Source of the DNA: Candidatus Shapirobacteria bacterium
Lineage (GTDB): Bacteria; Patescibacteriota; Microgenomatia; UBA12405
Length of the DNA stretch: 64,000 bases
Direction of reading: 5' to 3'
Assembly: GCA_041665485.1 (NCBI GenBank)
Contig: JBAYIT010000001.1
Span: 345,399 to 409,398, forward strand
Position 1 is the stretch's first letter; each line of letters opens with the position of its first letter. This document shows, one piece after another, positions 17,486 to 27,239 of the stretch. The notes beneath the pieces are model-generated. The model saw nothing but the letters and a program-made list of their open reading frames with translations. It was not told the DNA's origin and made no database searches. A program made the translations under genes and the position numbers.

Positions 17486-17709
17486 AGATTACAAGAGATA
17501 AGGGGTTGAAATGACGAGGAGCCACCCAACTCCTTATTCTCTTCTAATCTCTAGTTGTTAAGTTTACAACCTATATTATACATTATTTATGTCGCTTGTC
17601 AAGTTATAGGTCTATGTTTTAAAGTAATTGGTAAACGGTAACCGGTAATTGGTAAAAATATAGGGCTAGAAGATGGTTGATTAGATTTCGAGGCCTATAA
17701 AGTTTAGAT

Positions 17710-18297
17710 TTAGTAGCCTCGGGTGAGGCGACGGGCTTTGAGGGTGACCAGAGTGCCACTGAGGCTTAAAAGAGTTCCGAAGATGAGATTGGTCGAGCCG
17801 GTCTGAGGCAAGGGCTTCTTATTGTTGATTGAGCCGGAATTAGTGTAGAAGTAAAGGTTGTCGGAAGCAACTGTGCCTATGTCTGATTTGATACCAACAC
17901 TCATGTCGTTTTTGGTTAGAGTTTGGTTGACTTGAGTTTTGTCTTTAATAGTGAGGATAAAATTTTGGGTGTAGTCGGTATTGGCGGAGATTTGGGGAAT
18001 AGTAAAGACTAGTGGTGAATTGATGGAAACAGAACTTGGAAGTTTGCCGATGACTTTGACATTGGTTTGGTTGCGATTACCCAAATTTCGAACAGTTAGC
18101 TGGAGTTGGATTTGAGAGCCGGGAGGGAAAATGACTGTATTGCTATCTAGATTGTCAAAATATTGGCTTTGATTAAGGACTTTGGCTTTGAGATCGACTT
18201 GAAGATTGCGGATTTCGTCGTCAGCGAGGGCAATAGAGTTGCCCAGAGATAAGAAATAAGAGCTAAGAACTAAGAGGCCAAAGATTAATTTTTTCAT
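17710..18297 (-). CDS. LPXTG-anchored secreted protein (sortase substrate)
   Basis: N-terminal signal peptide MKKLIFGLLVLSSYFLSLG. C-terminus LPQTGSTNLIFGTLLSLSGTLVTLKARRLTRGY is LPXTG plus hydrophobic stretch plus basic tail. Confidence 0.7.
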   Translation of the reverse strand: MKKLIFGLLVLSSYFLSLGNSIALADDEIRNLQVDLKAKVLNQSQYFDNLDSNTVIFPPGSQIQLQLTVRNLGNRNQTNVKVIGKLPSSVSINSPLVFTIPQISANTDYTQNFILTIKDKTQVNQTLTKNDMSVGIKSDIGTVASDNLYFYTNSGSINNKKPLPQTGSTNLIFGTLLSLSGTLVTLKARRLTRGY

Positions 18298-18383
18298 TTT
18301 CCACCTGCTTAATGGTTAATGGTAGGGCTAGTTTAACAGATTTTGAATAAAAAAAGATATGGGTTGAAGAATAATGAATATTT

Positions 18384-18746
18384 TTGAAAAATGAAGATGT
18401 GGAGACATCAAGACATCATTTGTTGCCCAAAGAATTTGTTGGTATGAGGGTCTCTCTGACTGGTTTGGGAGTAATTAGTGTTAGACGAGAAGATGTATTT
18501 TGTGAGAGGAATGTTATGAAACTAGATGGAAGGTTGCATGCTCTAACTCATTATTGGTGGGTGGTTATGTTAGAGGATAGGAGATTGGCAGAAAAACAAA
18601 GAATGGGCATGGGTGGGTTAACTGGTGGAATGACTCGTTCGGAGTGGCAATGGTTTCAGAGAGCCACAGCTAAATTAGATAAAAATCCGACAGAAACCAT
18701 TGATCCTTTTTGGAAAAGATGGACGCTTAATGAATTATTGGTTTAG
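18384..18746 (+). CDS. hypothetical protein (weak)
   Basis: 120-aa ORF with TTG start and no recognisable features. May be non-coding. Confidence 0.2.
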   Translation: MKNEDVETSRHHLLPKEFVGMRVSLTGLGVISVRREDVFCERNVMKLDGRLHALTHYWWVVMLEDRRLAEKQRMGMGGLTGGMTRSEWQWFQRATAKLDKNPTETIDPFWKRWTLNELLV

Positions 18747-18800
18747 CGCCGGAGAAAAGTTGGGATCTTTTTTGGCCAAGAGAAGGTTGGCTTTGAAACG

Positions 18801-19721
18801 TCAAAAGAGTTTTGGGGGGTAGGCGCCACTGTCGATTAACTGTTTGATGGACTCGATAATACGGGGGCGGTCTTCTTGGTAAGTAACGCCAAACCATTTT
18901 TCGCCAGTAGAGAGAACTTTGACTTTAGCCCGACCTTCACGGGCCATATTACCAATAATATTTGGGAGTAAAAATTCAGCCTTTTCCGGATTTTGGGGGA
19001 CTTTTTCTGCTAAGAATTTAGGAAATTGGGTTTCCAATTCGGTAATAAAGTTGGGGGTTAGCCCCCACATGTTCATAGAAACATGGTCGTCGTAAGAGAC
19101 TTCGGTCCAGGTGGTGCCATCTTCTGACAATGATTGAAGTTTGCCATCTTTCTCTTCAACGTGTTTGTGTTCGATTAGATCGGTTAAATAGCCATCTTGA
19201 TTAATTTGACAGATTCCTCGGCTGACGAAGCCATTTTCGGAGAGGGTATTTTTCATAGTGTAGCCGGGGAGAGCATAAGTAGCAGGATTTGAGTCGGTGG
19301 CAGTGGAGAGGAATTTGGCCATTTGTTGATATGATTCCAGGCCATAGAAGTCGTCAGCGTTGATATCTAGGAAATTACCAGTAATTTTGTCTTTACAGCA
19401 GAGGACGGCGTGGCCGGTGCCCCAGGGTTTAACCCGGCCTTCGGGGATAGTGAAGCCAGCAGGTAAATAATTTAATTCCTGAAAGGCATATTCGACTTGA
19501 ATGGCTTTTTCTACAGCCTGGCCAATTCTTTCTCGGAAGGCTTCTTCGATGTCGTGACGGATGAGAAAAATTACTCGGTTAAAACCACTACGAATAGCGT
19601 CGTAGATGGAGTAGTGGATAATAAGCTCGCCGTTGGGGCCGACAGGGTCAATTTGTTTGATACCGCCGTAGCGGGAACCGATACCGGCAGCGCGGATGAG
19701 GAGGGTGAGATTGTTGGTCAT
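18801..19721 (-). CDS. sugar-1-phosphate nucleotidylyltransferase (NTP_transferase family)
   Basis: N-terminal LIRAAGIGSRYGG..K matches the nucleotidyltransferase G-rich loop. KPWGTGHAVL resembles GlmU/GalU-type motifs. Confidence 0.6.
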   Translation of the reverse strand: MTNNLTLLIRAAGIGSRYGGIKQIDPVGPNGELIIHYSIYDAIRSGFNRVIFLIRHDIEEAFRERIGQAVEKAIQVEYAFQELNYLPAGFTIPEGRVKPWGTGHAVLCCKDKITGNFLDINADDFYGLESYQQMAKFLSTATDSNPATYALPGYTMKNTLSENGFVSRGICQINQDGYLTDLIEHKHVEEKDGKLQSLSEDGTTWTEVSYDDHVSMNMWGLTPNFITELETQFPKFLAEKVPQNPEKAEFLLPNIIGNMAREGRAKVKVLSTGEKWFGVTYQEDRPRIIESIKQLIDSGAYPPKLF

Positions 19722-19741
19722 GGTGATTTAATTATATATTA

Positions 19742-20355
19742 TTGATTGTGGATTTCCATCGACGGTCGATAAGATTGAAAGGTTTTGATTATTCGAGTAA
19801 CGGGTTGTATTTTGTGACGGTAGATTTGGAGGATAAAAGAAATTGGCTATGGGAAATCGATGATAATAGCGGAGATGGGAATATAGGAAAGGGCGGAAAT
19901 GGGAATATAGGAAAGGGCGGAAATGGGAATATAGGAAAGGGCGGAAATGGGAATATAGGAAAGGGCGGAGATGAGAATGAGGAGAAGGGCGGACACATCG
20001 GTCCGCCCGTACATATGAATGAGATCGGGAAAATGATGGATTATTGGTGGGGTGAAATAAAATGTCATTTTCAAAATGTGGAATTAGATGAATATGTAAT
20101 AATGCCAAATCATATGCATGGAATAATAATTATTAAATGGGAAATATCATCCAATGGTTTAAAACAATGACGACCAATGAATATATCAACAATGTGAAAT
20201 CAAATAATTGGCCGAGATTTAACAAGAGATTGTGGCAGAGAAATTATTTCGAAAGAATAATTCGAAATAAAAGGCAATACGAAGCAATTAAAAAGTATAT
20301 TAGGGAAAATCCAATAAATTGGAATACAAATCAGAAAAGGGATTTGATAAAATAG
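19742..20355 (+). pseudogene. IS200/IS605-family Y1 (RAYT-like) transposase, frameshifted, with internal 24-bp tandem repeat expansion
   Basis: ORF 19742-20170 ends in the HuH motif region LDEYVIMPNHMHGIII. ORF 20137-20355 in the +1 frame continues with the catalytic-Tyr region LWQRNYFERIIRN..YIRENPINW, matching RAYT/IS200 TnpA. The frameshift lies in an A/T homopolymer tract near 20125-20145. Confidence 0.6.
19877..19996 (+). repeat. 5 x 24-bp perfect tandem repeat (gggaatataggaaagggcggaaat) inside transposase remnant
   Basis: Four near-identical units plus one degenerate unit. In-frame, encoding (GNIGKGGN)n. No spacers, so not CRISPR. Confidence 0.9.
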
Positions 20356-20363
20356 CCGTGTTA

Positions 20364-20439
20364 GGGCCCATGGCTTAGTTGGTAGAGCGTCCCCATGGCA
20401 TGGGGAAGGTCGGGGGTTCGAATCCCCCTGGGTCCACCA
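20364..20439 (+). tRNA. tRNA-Ala (anticodon GGC)
   Basis: Cloverleaf with acceptor gggccca/tgggtcc including the G3:U70 alanine identity pair. Anticodon loop atGGCat, T-loop ttcgaat, encoded CCA. Confidence 0.85.
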
Positions 20440-21149
20440 TGAGTGAAACAGGGATGATAGAAATGATGACTGGTTTTGGTGCTAGGGAGCGTGGCGAGAG
20501 AGAAGGTGGCCTAGGTGTGGTGATAGTGCAAGGAATGGCTGATTTGAAAGAGCTAGGAAATGAAATAATGGCGGGTTTTGTAGACAGTGGAGCTACAGTT
20601 TATGATCCGGGGTGGCATCAGAAAGATGGTGTGGATAGAGACTTGGAAATGATGTTATCTGAATTTGGTCAGATGGTAGAGGTGGCGGGTGAAAATGGAA
20701 AACCAGTGGTGGTGGTGGGGGTTAGTGCTGGAGCTGGGCTAGCATTGCTTTACAAATTGAGAAATCCGGAGGCAAACATCCTTCATTTGTATTCGGCGAG
20801 TGGGGTATTGGATCCAAACATAAATTCGAACAATGTTTACGATATTCGGATGTGGAGGGTACTGTGCGAAGGGCATCCGGCTTTTACAGACATGGTTAAT
20901 GAATTGAGTGCTAGATTGGGGGAAAAAGGTGCGACCGAGAAACATGGATTGAGGGATTGGGTGACGGTGTTGACTTCCGGAGGTGTTGATGGAACGGTTC
21001 CGAAGGCAACGCTTGAGCCGGAGTGGGCAAAAGTCGAACGTGTTGGAAACAGTAATCATGTTGGAACAGTAATAACTGCTTTGGGTGCGATTATTGGACC
21101 AAGAATTAGAGAACTAAAGCAAGGATTAATAAGTGGTGGTTTTGAGTAG
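20439..21149 (+). CDS. alpha/beta-hydrolase-like protein
   Basis: ORF 20379-21149 overlaps the tRNA, so the start is placed at ATG 20439 (MSETGM..). GVSAG nucleophile-elbow-like motif in VVVVGVSAGAGLALLY. Confidence 0.4.
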   Translation: MSETGMIEMMTGFGARERGEREGGLGVVIVQGMADLKELGNEIMAGFVDSGATVYDPGWHQKDGVDRDLEMMLSEFGQMVEVAGENGKPVVVVGVSAGAGLALLYKLRNPEANILHLYSASGVLDPNINSNNVYDIRMWRVLCEGHPAFTDMVNELSARLGEKGATEKHGLRDWVTVLTSGGVDGTVPKATLEPEWAKVERVGNSNHVGTVITALGAIIGPRIRELKQGLISGGFE

Positions 21150-21178
21150 AGGAGTTTTAGGATATAATTCGGTGAATT

Positions 21179-21250
21179 AGGCCCGTAGTGAAACGGCTAT
21201 CACCAAGGTCTCCAAAACCTTTATTCATGGTTCGAATCCATGCGGGCCTG
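21179..21250 (+). tRNA. tRNA-Trp (anticodon CCA)
   Basis: Acceptor aggcccg/cgggcct, D-stem gtga/tcac, anticodon loop ctCCAaa, T-arm catgg-ttcgaat-ccatg, discriminator G. No encoded CCA. Confidence 0.75.
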
Positions 21251-21254
21251 CTGA

Positions 21255-21545
21255 ATGAGAGCTAAATCTTTTTTAGGTTCACCTGATTGTGTTGCTTATA
21301 CGTACGGGGTTGATGGGTTAGACCCTCACCGTGACCAGGTTGTAAGTCATCATTTTCCTCTGTGTAGGCATCCTGGAAATGAACTCGGTGAGTGTGCGTT
21401 AGTTGCAGTCGATCTGAAAAGAGGTTGCTTAGTGGTGGGCTTGAATTCAGATGTTACTTGTCCATTTCAGGTTAGATCAACAGATGTGGGAGCGGAGGCG
21501 TTGTTGAAAAAAATTGAGCAACTAGAGCATGAAAAAATGTTTTGA
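21255..21545 (+). CDS. hypothetical protein (weak)
   Basis: 96-aa ORF starting 5 nt after tRNA-Trp. No features recognised. Confidence 0.2.
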   Translation: MRAKSFLGSPDCVAYTYGVDGLDPHRDQVVSHHFPLCRHPGNELGECALVAVDLKRGCLVVGLNSDVTCPFQVRSTDVGAEALLKKIEQLEHEKMF

Positions 21546-21562
21546 CGGGATAAAATAGAGGA

Positions 21563-22207
21563 GTGAAGGCGATAATAATTGCAATATTGGGGTGGTTGGG
21601 AATTTTGGGAAAGGGGGAGATGGTCAAGCCGGTGGTGATTGAGACGTTTAAACCGGCACCGACAGAAATTATTGAGCCGACTTTAGTACCGACGAAGATG
21701 GTGATAAAACTAAAACCAGTAGTAATTGGACCGAGTCAAACTCGGCTGTCGGACACTGGGCCGTGGGGAGTGGCCAAACAAGTTGGGGAGCACACTTATA
21801 CGATGAAGATTAAACTAGACGAGAGGATGGGAACGCCAAAAGAAATTCTTGAAGCCTTAAATGATTATCGGGTGAGGCGGGGGTCGCAGAGATTGACTTG
21901 GGATGATAAGCTGGCTAATTACGCTCAAAGCCGGGCGGTATATTTGGCCTCAATTAAAAATGTGGATGGGCATGCTGGATTTCAAAATTATTTAGAAAAG
22001 GAAAATGGCTTTGAAAAGCTGGGGTTTACCAAACTTGGGGAAAACATAAGTTATGGCTACAAAATGGAGGGGGTGCATTTAATTGAATGGATTTATGCTG
22101 GGGACAAACCACATGATGACAACCAGACGAATAATGATTGGAACTATGTGGGAATTGGAGTGGAGGGGACAGCAACGTGTTTGATTTTTGGAACCGGTCG
22201 GTCATAA
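21563..22207 (+). CDS. CAP/SCP-domain (PR-1-like) secreted protein
   Basis: N-terminal hydrophobic segment. C-terminal region LNDYRVRRGSQRLTWDDKLANYAQSRAVYL...GHAGFQNY resembles the CAP-domain consensus. Confidence 0.5.
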   Translation: MKAIIIAILGWLGILGKGEMVKPVVIETFKPAPTEIIEPTLVPTKMVIKLKPVVIGPSQTRLSDTGPWGVAKQVGEHTYTMKIKLDERMGTPKEILEALNDYRVRRGSQRLTWDDKLANYAQSRAVYLASIKNVDGHAGFQNYLEKENGFEKLGFTKLGENISYGYKMEGVHLIEWIYAGDKPHDDNQTNNDWNYVGIGVEGTATCLIFGTGRS

Positions 22208-22270
22208 GAATCTACGAATTTAGGAATCTAGAATCTAGAATAGGAAACGGTAAACTGGTAAAGTTTTAGA

Positions 22271-23497
22271 GTGAAGAGGAGATTTAAAAAAGTTTTGGTG
22301 GTGGTGGTTTTTGGAGTATTAATGATGGCGGGGGGGTTGGTAGCCGGGAAAATGATATTTGAGGAAAAGCAGAGGCCGGCAGTGGTGGAGAAAAATATCT
22401 ATTTAGAATTTATTAATGAGGTTAGAGGAATAATTTCTGATAATTACTGGAATAAATTGACTGTTGAGCAGTTGGATAAATTATTAATTGCCGGAACGGA
22501 AAAACTAACCGGTCAAATTCAAAACGGTTCGGCAGAAAAAGTGATCTTGGGGGTGTTGAAACAATATGAAAGTGACGAGAAAAGGAAGCAGTTTACCAGT
22601 AGTTTAATGGATGCGGTGTTGGCGAGTTTGGAGCCGGTGGGGAGGTCAAGGCTTTATGTTAAGCAGGATGCTAAAGCGTTGTCGGATAACGTGAATAATA
22701 AGACAGATAAGGATTTTTATGCTGATTTGGGAGTAGACAAGAAAGCCAGTGATGAGGAGATTAAGAAGGCTGGCGAAATAAAAAAGGATGACCCATTAGC
22801 CCAAAAGGCTTATCAGATTTTGAGTGACCCAGTGGCTAAGAAAAACTACGATATTGCCGGAGTTGAGCCGACGATGGAGTATAAATTGATGGACGGCGGG
22901 GTGTTTTATATCCACTTGACTAAATTTTCGCCACAGACAGTGGAAGAATTAACCAGAGTAACGGAGAAAGTTAAAGGAAAGATGGGGGTAGTAAGCTTGA
23001 TATTGGATTTGAGAGACAATGTGGGCGGGGCCATCGATGGTTTGCCTTATTTTTTGGGGCCGTTTATTGGAAATGATAATTATGCTTATCAATATTTTCA
23101 TCAAGGAGCCAAAGAAGATTTCAAAACCAAATCTGGCTGGCTTGAAAGCCTAGTGCAATACAAACGGGTGGTGGTGCTGATAAATGGAAATACTCAATCA
23201 ACGGCAGAATTAATGGCCTCGGTGGTTAAAAAATATAATGTTGGGGTGGTGGTGGGAACTAAAACCCGAGGTTGGGGAACAGTGGAGCGGGTGTTTCCAA
23301 TCAAAAATCAGATTGACCAAAATGAAGTTTATAGCGTGTTTTTGGTGCATAGTTTGACGTTGCGGGAAGACGGCGAGCCAATTGAGGGCAAGGGAGTCGA
23401 GCCGGTGGTGGATATCAGTAGTAAAACCTGGCAGAAGGAATTGTTGGAATATAATGGGGATGAAAGGCTGGTTAAGGCGGTTTCGGAAGTGTTATAA
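22271..23497 (+). CDS. S41-family C-terminal processing peptidase
   Basis: N-terminal TM segment. LILDLRDNVGG and VVLINGNTQSTAELMASVVK...GTKTRGWG match the S41 peptidase catalytic region. Confidence 0.65.
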   Translation: MKRRFKKVLVVVVFGVLMMAGGLVAGKMIFEEKQRPAVVEKNIYLEFINEVRGIISDNYWNKLTVEQLDKLLIAGTEKLTGQIQNGSAEKVILGVLKQYESDEKRKQFTSSLMDAVLASLEPVGRSRLYVKQDAKALSDNVNNKTDKDFYADLGVDKKASDEEIKKAGEIKKDDPLAQKAYQILSDPVAKKNYDIAGVEPTMEYKLMDGGVFYIHLTKFSPQTVEELTRVTEKVKGKMGVVSLILDLRDNVGGAIDGLPYFLGPFIGNDNYAYQYFHQGAKEDFKTKSGWLESLVQYKRVVVLINGNTQSTAELMASVVKKYNVGVVVGTKTRGWGTVERVFPIKNQIDQNEVYSVFLVHSLTLREDGEPIEGKGVEPVVDISSKTWQKELLEYNGDERLVKAVSEVL

Positions 23498-23956
23498 TTG
23501 GCTATGGAGCCGATGCAAGTGATGGTGATAGCTGGTTTACTAATGGTAATGGCGGAATTGTTGATGGGAATTCAGACAGGATTTGATCTGGTGCTGGGGG
23601 GAAGTATTTTAATAATTTCTGGCTTTGCCGGGATGTTGGGGGGTGGATGGCAGTTGAGTATTGGCCTGGCGATTATAATGAGTATTGTCTATATTGCTTA
23701 TGGCCGAGGGTTGGTGAAATCAAAATTAATAATTACAACCACCCACACCAATATTGATAAATTAATTGGCCAGAAGGGAGTGGTGGTTAGATCAATTACA
23801 CCGGATACAGCCGGGCTGGTGAGACTGATGGATGAAGACTGGCGGGCGGTGAGCGATGAGGTGTTGTATGAAAAAGACAGGGTGGAGGTGGTGACAGTGG
23901 AGGGGGTGAGCTTGAGAGTCCAAAAAGTAGAAAGTCCAAAAAGTTCAAAAAGTTAG
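23498..23956 (+). CDS. NfeD-family membrane protein
   Basis: Three N-terminal TM helices followed by OB-fold-like C-terminal region IGQKGVVVRSITPDTAGLVRL. Upstream partner of the SPFH gene. C-terminal VQKVESPKSSKS tail is derived from the aaagtcc/aaaaagt repeat (23918-23960). Confidence 0.65.
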   Translation: MAMEPMQVMVIAGLLMVMAELLMGIQTGFDLVLGGSILIISGFAGMLGGGWQLSIGLAIIMSIVYIAYGRGLVKSKLIITTTHTNIDKLIGQKGVVVRSITPDTAGLVRLMDEDWRAVSDEVLYEKDRVEVVTVEGVSLRVQKVESPKSSKS

Positions 23957-23974
23957 AAAGTTAAAAATAAAAAT

Positions 23975-24823
23975 ATGGCATTTGGAAGCACAACGTTTTT
24001 GATAGTTTTTATTATTTCTCTAATTGCACTTTTTCGAAGTTTTCGGATAATAAAGCAGTATGAGAAGGGGTTGGTAATAAGATTGGGAAAATATCACACC
24101 ACAGCTGATTCAGGAGTGGTATTTTTAATGCCATTTATCGATAGTTTAATAGCGGTTGATATGCGGGAGAACGTTATAAATGTGGCGCCACAGAAGGTAA
24201 TTACTAAAGATAATGTGTCGGTGGTGGTGGATGCAGTGATTTACTACAAAGTGGTTGATCCGGTTAAGGCGGAATTTGAAATTGTCGATTTTGATTATGC
24301 AGCGACAACCTTGGCTCAAACTAATTTGCGGAATTTAATTGGCGACAAGTCTTTGGATGAGACATTGACGGCCAGAGACAGTATTAATGCCTCGTTGCGG
24401 GCGGTGCTGGACGAATCAACTAATGGTTGGGGGGTAAAAGTAACTAAAGTGGAATTACAAAAGATTGATCCGCCAACTGATATCACCGATGCCATGAGTC
24501 AACAAATGAAAGCTGAACGGGAAAAAAGAGCGAGGATATTGGAGGCGGAAGGAAAGAAACAGTCGGCAATTTTGGAAGCGGAAGGTGAAGCAACAGCCAA
24601 GAAGATGAGGTCTGAAGCTGATGCTAAAGCGATTGAAGTGGTGGCGAATTCGGCTGAAAAGAACTTTACTCAAAGAGCAGAAAAATTAAAAAGATTAGAT
24701 GTTGTGGCTCAAGTGTTGGGCGGAAATTCAACTAAATTTGTGCTCCCGGCCAATGGCGAGATTGTTTCAGTGCTTAATCTTGAGGGCAAGGGAGATAATA
24801 ATATTATCCCGGTGAGGAAATAA
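23975..24823 (+). CDS. SPFH/band-7 (stomatin-like) protein
   Basis: N-terminal TM segment plus conserved SPFH core (QYEKGLVIRLGKY, TKDNVSVVVDAVIYYKVVDP, EAEG repeats). Classic NfeD-stomatin operon. Confidence 0.85.
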   Translation: MAFGSTTFLIVFIISLIALFRSFRIIKQYEKGLVIRLGKYHTTADSGVVFLMPFIDSLIAVDMRENVINVAPQKVITKDNVSVVVDAVIYYKVVDPVKAEFEIVDFDYAATTLAQTNLRNLIGDKSLDETLTARDSINASLRAVLDESTNGWGVKVTKVELQKIDPPTDITDAMSQQMKAEREKRARILEAEGKKQSAILEAEGEATAKKMRSEADAKAIEVVANSAEKNFTQRAEKLKRLDVVAQVLGGNSTKFVLPANGEIVSVLNLEGKGDNNIIPVRK

Positions 24824-24863
24824 AAACTAAGAATTTACGAATCTAGGAATTTACGAATCTAGA

Positions 24864-27239
24864 TTACTTGAGAATGACTTTGATGGGCCAAGATTTCATG
24901 CCAGTGTTCTTTTGTTTGTCCCAAACAGAGAGGGATGTCCAGTAGTCGCCGGCTTTAGTTGGCCAGCCACGAAGAGTACAAGTGAATAACTTTCGAGAGT
25001 CGTTTTTGGCGGTGTATTGACGGCAGGAGCTGTAGAGGCCACGAGGTAAATTGGTGAATTTAAAATAGAGGTAATGTTTTTTATCGGGGTCAGAGCCGGT
25101 GATAGTGGCGGAATAATATTTGTAGCGCTTAAGGACTGGAAAGGAGGTGTCGATGATAGTGATGTGAGAGGGAGGGGGAGCCGGAGGCCCGGGAGGTGAA
25201 GAACCGCCACCACCACCACCAGAATTACCACCGCCACCTCCGCCACCACTTGAAGAGCCACCCCCACCTCCACCGATAGCCGGGGCAGTTGTGGGAGTTG
25301 GTGTATTAGTCGGAATTGGAGTTAAAGTCGGGGTTGGGGTTAGGGTAGGAGTTGGAGTATTGGTTGGCGTTGAAGTTGGGGTGGAGGTGGGCGTTGAAGT
25401 ATTAGTAGGAATAGGTGTATTTGTTGGAGTTGGGCTGGGGGTGGGGGTAGAAGTAGGGGTAATTACTAAATTTGGTATGGCAAAGTTTCGGGTAGTAGTT
25501 CTGGTGTAGGTATATGGCAGTGGGCCACCATCTTTACTAAAAGAAATAAATCCTGATGGGAGACCTAGAGGGTATGTATAACGGTAGTAGTTATAACTAA
25601 CACGGTCATAAGTGACACGAGAATTTTCTGGTTTAGGTTGGTATGAGGAAAGTGAAAAATATTTTGCCGGCGGCTGATAATTCCAATAAGCCATTTCAGC
25701 TTGATCTGAAGAGATGCCGGAGGTGATTGGATAAAGCTCAAAAACTGTTTTATTAAATTGATTATTTGAAAAATCGTGAGTAATGTAGAAAACACGGTTG
25801 CCAAAAGGATTAAGGCCGTTTTGATTGTTGACAGGCCGATAACGCTTATCGAAAGCGGTTGAAACAAATAATACTCTGGCTTTTTTGTTGGCACCAAAAT
25901 AATCAACAGTTAGATCGATATTGGTAACGGTGGGGTTGATCAATGTTTTGGCGGTGGTGTTAAAAATTCGGCTGTCGTAACAAAAAGAGCTTAAATATGA
26001 GTGAGATGTAGAAGCCGTTGAAGTTGAACCGAAAAGATCAAAACACTCTTCTGCGGTAGGATCAATAATAGTAGACGTAAAAGAGGGATAACTTTGATTG
26101 TTACTAGTAAAGCTTATTGGTTGCGAGCTATTGGATTGGCCAAGAGCAAAGAGTTGTTTTAGATTTTTAACTTGATCGCCAGTGATATTAAAAATGATTG
26201 AATTAGTTGAATCTTTGACTTCGGCGGTGATGGTGATGTTGTAATATTCCAATGTTTGAGGGTCGCTGTCGCCAATTTGTCTGGCGGCTGGAACCGGATA
26301 GTAACAGTGAGGAGCTCTCTTTTCACAATCCTCTTTGGCAATTTGTTGCCAGCGGACGTCAGTAGTTTGGCCATTGTTATCAACGTAATCCCAGTAATAC
26401 CCATCAGTACACCAATATTTAATGCCGATGTGTCCTGGCCAAGCCATCTGGACTAAAAACTGTTCACCTTGATATTCGATTTTATCAACTACTGTTTTTA
26501 GTGGGCAGGATAGACCGATTGGGAGTGGAATTGGAGTGGGAGTGGGGGTGGAAGTAGGGGTTGGAGTTGGGGTGGGGCTGTTGGTAGGAGTAGGAATAGG
26601 TGTTGTTGGCGAGCTTGAATTGTATGCGATGGAGCTTGCTTCAAAGTCAACAGTTCCATGACCGATGTTTTGACTGTTGGCCGAGTCGGAGAAATCACCA
26701 TCTAGGTGGAATAGAGATACTGTGAATTCGTCGGGGACAAACGGGGTCGATGGTGGGGTAAAGTTAGCGGCATATCTGACGTTTTTTGAGATTCGAATTT
26801 CATCAATACTCCCATAGAATGGAGCATCGTTTGGTTGATACATTCCAATATAAAAGGGGCCGTTTCCGTAAATGATTGGCACAGAAGTACTAGTTGACCC
26901 TTGGAGTTGTCCGTTAACATACAAGCGACCGTTCTGTCTGTTTTGGTTGTTTGGGTCGTTTACCAAGGCGATGTGTGACCATCGGCCGCATAAATTTGAG
27001 TTGGAGGTAATAGCCTGGACTCCACTACCATACATGAAACGACCAGTGTTATCGTTGTAGATTCCTTTGTATGTGAAAAAGGAGAAAGAGTCATTATAGG
27101 GAAGGTCGAAGTTTTCTCGTTTTCGGAAAGCATAAAAAGTACCATCGGGAGAGTTGGTGCAGTCTTTTTTGATCCAGCCTTCGGCGGTAAATTCTTGGAG
27201 ATTGTAGATGCTACCAGGGAAACTTACGCCTTGCCCCAC
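24864..27239 (-). CDS. large Pro/Thr-rich surface protein with LamG/ConA-like lectin domain (C-terminal 791 aa; same frame as ORF 27378-27866)
   Basis: N-terminal part resembles a LamG-like jelly-roll (GRWSHIALV...LYVNGQ...FYGSIDEIRIS). PT-rich linkers, a poly-Gly/Ser tract and a Cys-containing C-terminal domain follow. Apparent start is GTG, and the frame stays open upstream to the TAA at 27378-27380. Confidence 0.6.
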   Translation of the reverse strand: MGQGVSFPGSIYNLQEFTAEGWIKKDCTNSPDGTFYAFRKRENFDLPYNDSFSFFTYKGIYNDNTGRFMYGSGVQAITSNSNLCGRWSHIALVNDPNNQNRQNGRLYVNGQLQGSTSTSVPIIYGNGPFYIGMYQPNDAPFYGSIDEIRISKNVRYAANFTPPSTPFVPDEFTVSLFHLDGDFSDSANSQNIGHGTVDFEASSIAYNSSSPTTPIPTPTNSPTPTPTPTSTPTPTPIPLPIGLSCPLKTVVDKIEYQGEQFLVQMAWPGHIGIKYWCTDGYYWDYVDNNGQTTDVRWQQIAKEDCEKRAPHCYYPVPAARQIGDSDPQTLEYYNITITAEVKDSTNSIIFNITGDQVKNLKQLFALGQSNSSQPISFTSNNQSYPSFTSTIIDPTAEECFDLFGSTSTASTSHSYLSSFCYDSRIFNTTAKTLINPTVTNIDLTVDYFGANKKARVLFVSTAFDKRYRPVNNQNGLNPFGNRVFYITHDFSNNQFNKTVFELYPITSGISSDQAEMAYWNYQPPAKYFSLSSYQPKPENSRVTYDRVSYNYYRYTYPLGLPSGFISFSKDGGPLPYTYTRTTTRNFAIPNLVITPTSTPTPSPTPTNTPIPTNTSTPTSTPTSTPTNTPTPTLTPTPTLTPIPTNTPTPTTAPAIGGGGGGSSSGGGGGGGNSGGGGGGSSPPGPPAPPPSHITIIDTSFPVLKRYKYYSATITGSDPDKKHYLYFKFTNLPRGLYSSCRQYTAKNDSRKLFTCTLRGWPTKAGDYWTSLSVWDKQKNTGMKSWPIKVILK

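Noticed and set aside
17588-17607. Shared 13-mer gtcaagttatagg at 17597 and 27905 as a regulatory motif
   Set aside because: Only two copies, in non-equivalent positions relative to neighbouring genes. Consistent with chance at this window size.
19877-19996. Possible CRISPR array (regular 24-bp repeats)
   Set aside because: Units are directly adjacent with no spacers, are in-frame inside a transposase remnant, and no cas genes are nearby. It is a simple tandem repeat.
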